Below are positions 62,329-64,000 of a DNA stretch of 64,000 nt, piece after piece (the first letter of the stretch is position 1; every line of letters starts with the position of its first letter). The stretch covers positions 25,918,001 through 25,982,000 of the forward strand of contig NC_058368.1 of NCBI RefSeq assembly GCF_018350175.1. Direction: 5' to 3'. Under the pieces are notes generated by a model. It was not told the origin of the DNA. It did no database searches and was given only the letters and a program-made list of their open reading frames with translations. The position numbers and the translations under genes are program-made. The stretch comes from Felis catus. Lineage: Eukaryota.

Positions 62329-63177
62329 GTTTTTTGTTAAAAAAAATTTTTTTTTAATCTTTATTTATTTTTGAGAGAGTGAGAGAGAGACAGAGTGAGG
62401 GCAGGGGAGGAACAGAGAGAGAGGGAGACACAGAATCCGAGGCAGGCTCCAGGTTCTGAGCCGTCAGCACAGAGCCCGACGTGGGGCTCGAACCCGCGAA
62501 CCGTGAGATCATGACCTGAGCCGAAGTCAGACACTTAACTGACTGAGCCACCCAGGTGCCTCCAGGCCCCTAAATTTAAATTAGCTTTGTGGGAACTCTT
62601 TGGGATTAACTCCCCCTCAAAACACCCCCTGAAATATATCCCTTCGTGGCTTCCCTTCTCTAGATGATATTTGAAAGATATGCAAGAGAATATGAACTCC
62701 AGAGAAAATGTATTTTTTAAAACCTTTTTTTTAAAGTTTATTTATTTTTAAGGGAGAGATAGAATGTGAGCTGGGGAGGGGCAGAGAGAGAGGGGGACAC
62801 AGAATCCGAAGCAGGCTCCAGGCTCTGAGCCGTCAGCACAGAGCCCGATGCAGAGCTTGGGCTCACAAACTGTGAGATCATGACCTGAGCTGAGGTCAGA
62901 CATTTAACCGACTGAGCCACCCCGGTGCCCCATGGAGAAAATGTATTTTTAAAACCTATCTTCCTATGTCTTTAAAAAAAAAATTAATGTTTATTTATTT
63001 TTTGAGAGAGAAGTCCTGAGCAGGGGAGGGGCAGAGAGGGAGGGAACAGAGGATCCGAAGCAGGCTCCGTGCTGTCAGCAGTGAGCCCCCTGTGAGGCCC
63101 GAACTCACAAACCGTGAGATCATGACCTGAGCTGAATGAAGTTGGATGCTCAAGCCACCAAGCCACCTAGGTGCCCC
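62329..63177 (-). mobile_element. Three independent Can-SINEs (62329-62562, 62726-62931, 62974-63177)
   Basis: Each has its own TSD: CAGGCCCCTAAATT; GAGAAAATGTATTTTT(T)AAAACCT; TCTTCCTA(T/A)GTCTTT. Confidence 0.93.
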
Positions 63178-63199
63178 TCTTCCTAAGTCTTTTGAATAG

Positions 63200-63638
63200 T
63201 ATACTGGGTTGAGTCGCAAATTCACCCACCCTCCCACCCCAATTCATGTCGGCTTGGAACCTCAGATTTGGAAATAGTCTTTGCAGGCGTAATTAGTTAT
63301 GATGAGATGACACTGGATGAAAGTGGATCCTACACCCAGTGAATGGTGTGCTTAAAAGAAGGGGGGACCCACAGAGACACAGTGGGAAGGGGGCCATGTG
63401 AAGAAGGGGGCAGAGGTTGGAGTGACACAGTACAAGCCAGGGAACACCAGGATTGCCCGGAGCCAGAGAAGTGGAGAAGAGGCAAGGAGGTATCTTGCCC
63501 TCGGGAGCTACAACAGCCACGGACACCTTGACTTTGGACGCGTAGCCTCCAGACCTCCCACAGAATGGATTGCTGTTGTTTTAAGCCCTGCCATTTGTGG
63601 TTAATTTGCGGTAATTGCAGCCCTAGGAAATGAATACA
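63200..63638 (+). mobile_element. MLT1B-like MaLR LTR
   Basis: CCCCAATTCATGTC…GGAAATAG…GGCCATGTGAAG…GACACCTTGACTTTGGAC…GCAGCCCTAGGAAATGAATACA. Confidence 0.85.
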
Positions 63639-64000
63639 AATGGTTATGTTATAATCGGGTTTAGTTTTTTTTGTTGACACGTGGGCTTGCTAGTTTCTGC
63701 TTCAGACTCCTTGCTTTTCAGAGCTGGCCATTAACTTGCAGCAGAAGGCTAACCTTCGGCCACATGCCTCACCAATCGGTTCTAAACGAGACCGCTTCAT
63801 TCCCGTGCCACCGAAACCACAGCCCGCAATCCTGGGCGACGTACAGGTCTCCCCTCGGAAGCCTGCACGTGGCAGAAACGCTTCCTTCAAAGCAAATTCC
63901 AAGAAGCGAGGCCTGGGTAGTCCTCTGGGGTGGGCGTTGGTGGGTCATGGCTCCCGGTGTCCTAACTAAAGGAGAGGATGCGGCGACTCTAAATTAAAGG

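Noticed and set aside
9912..63166. Recurrent MAQSV…SAQVMIS… ORFs
   Set aside because: These are translations of Can-SINE heads, not a gene family.

Overview
Mammalian genomic DNA from a felid/feliform carnivore, judged by abundant SINEC_Fc-type Can-SINEs and carnivore L1. The + strand carries the last three coding exons and 3' UTR of NUFIP1 (6724-13266, proximal polyA signal 13408). A full-length frameshifted RPL37A retrocopy with TSDs lies at 28192-28578. An intact tRNA-Glu(TTC) gene at 41620-41691 sits at the end of a CpG island; as I recall, this order matches the human NUFIP1 locus. The rest is mostly repeats: about 30 Can-SINEs, L1, L2, CR1/L3, MIR, LTRs, hAT DNA transposons and microsatellites. 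I found no evidence for a new multi-gene system. The most unusual items are: (1) a near-identical 114-bp copy of the tRNA 3' half plus its downstream flank 8,775 bp away, leaving an orphan B-box; (2) a TSD-flanked 2.6-kb L1 that keeps both ends but joins ORF1 directly to the end of ORF2, and carries a strong CTCF motif; (3) a four-level nested SINE stack in a NUFIP1 intron; (4) candidate alternative splicing of the NUFIP1 C-terminus (a NAGNAG acceptor and an in-frame or poison cassette exon). Repeat family names come from recalled consensus similarity, and boundaries of old repeats are approximate.
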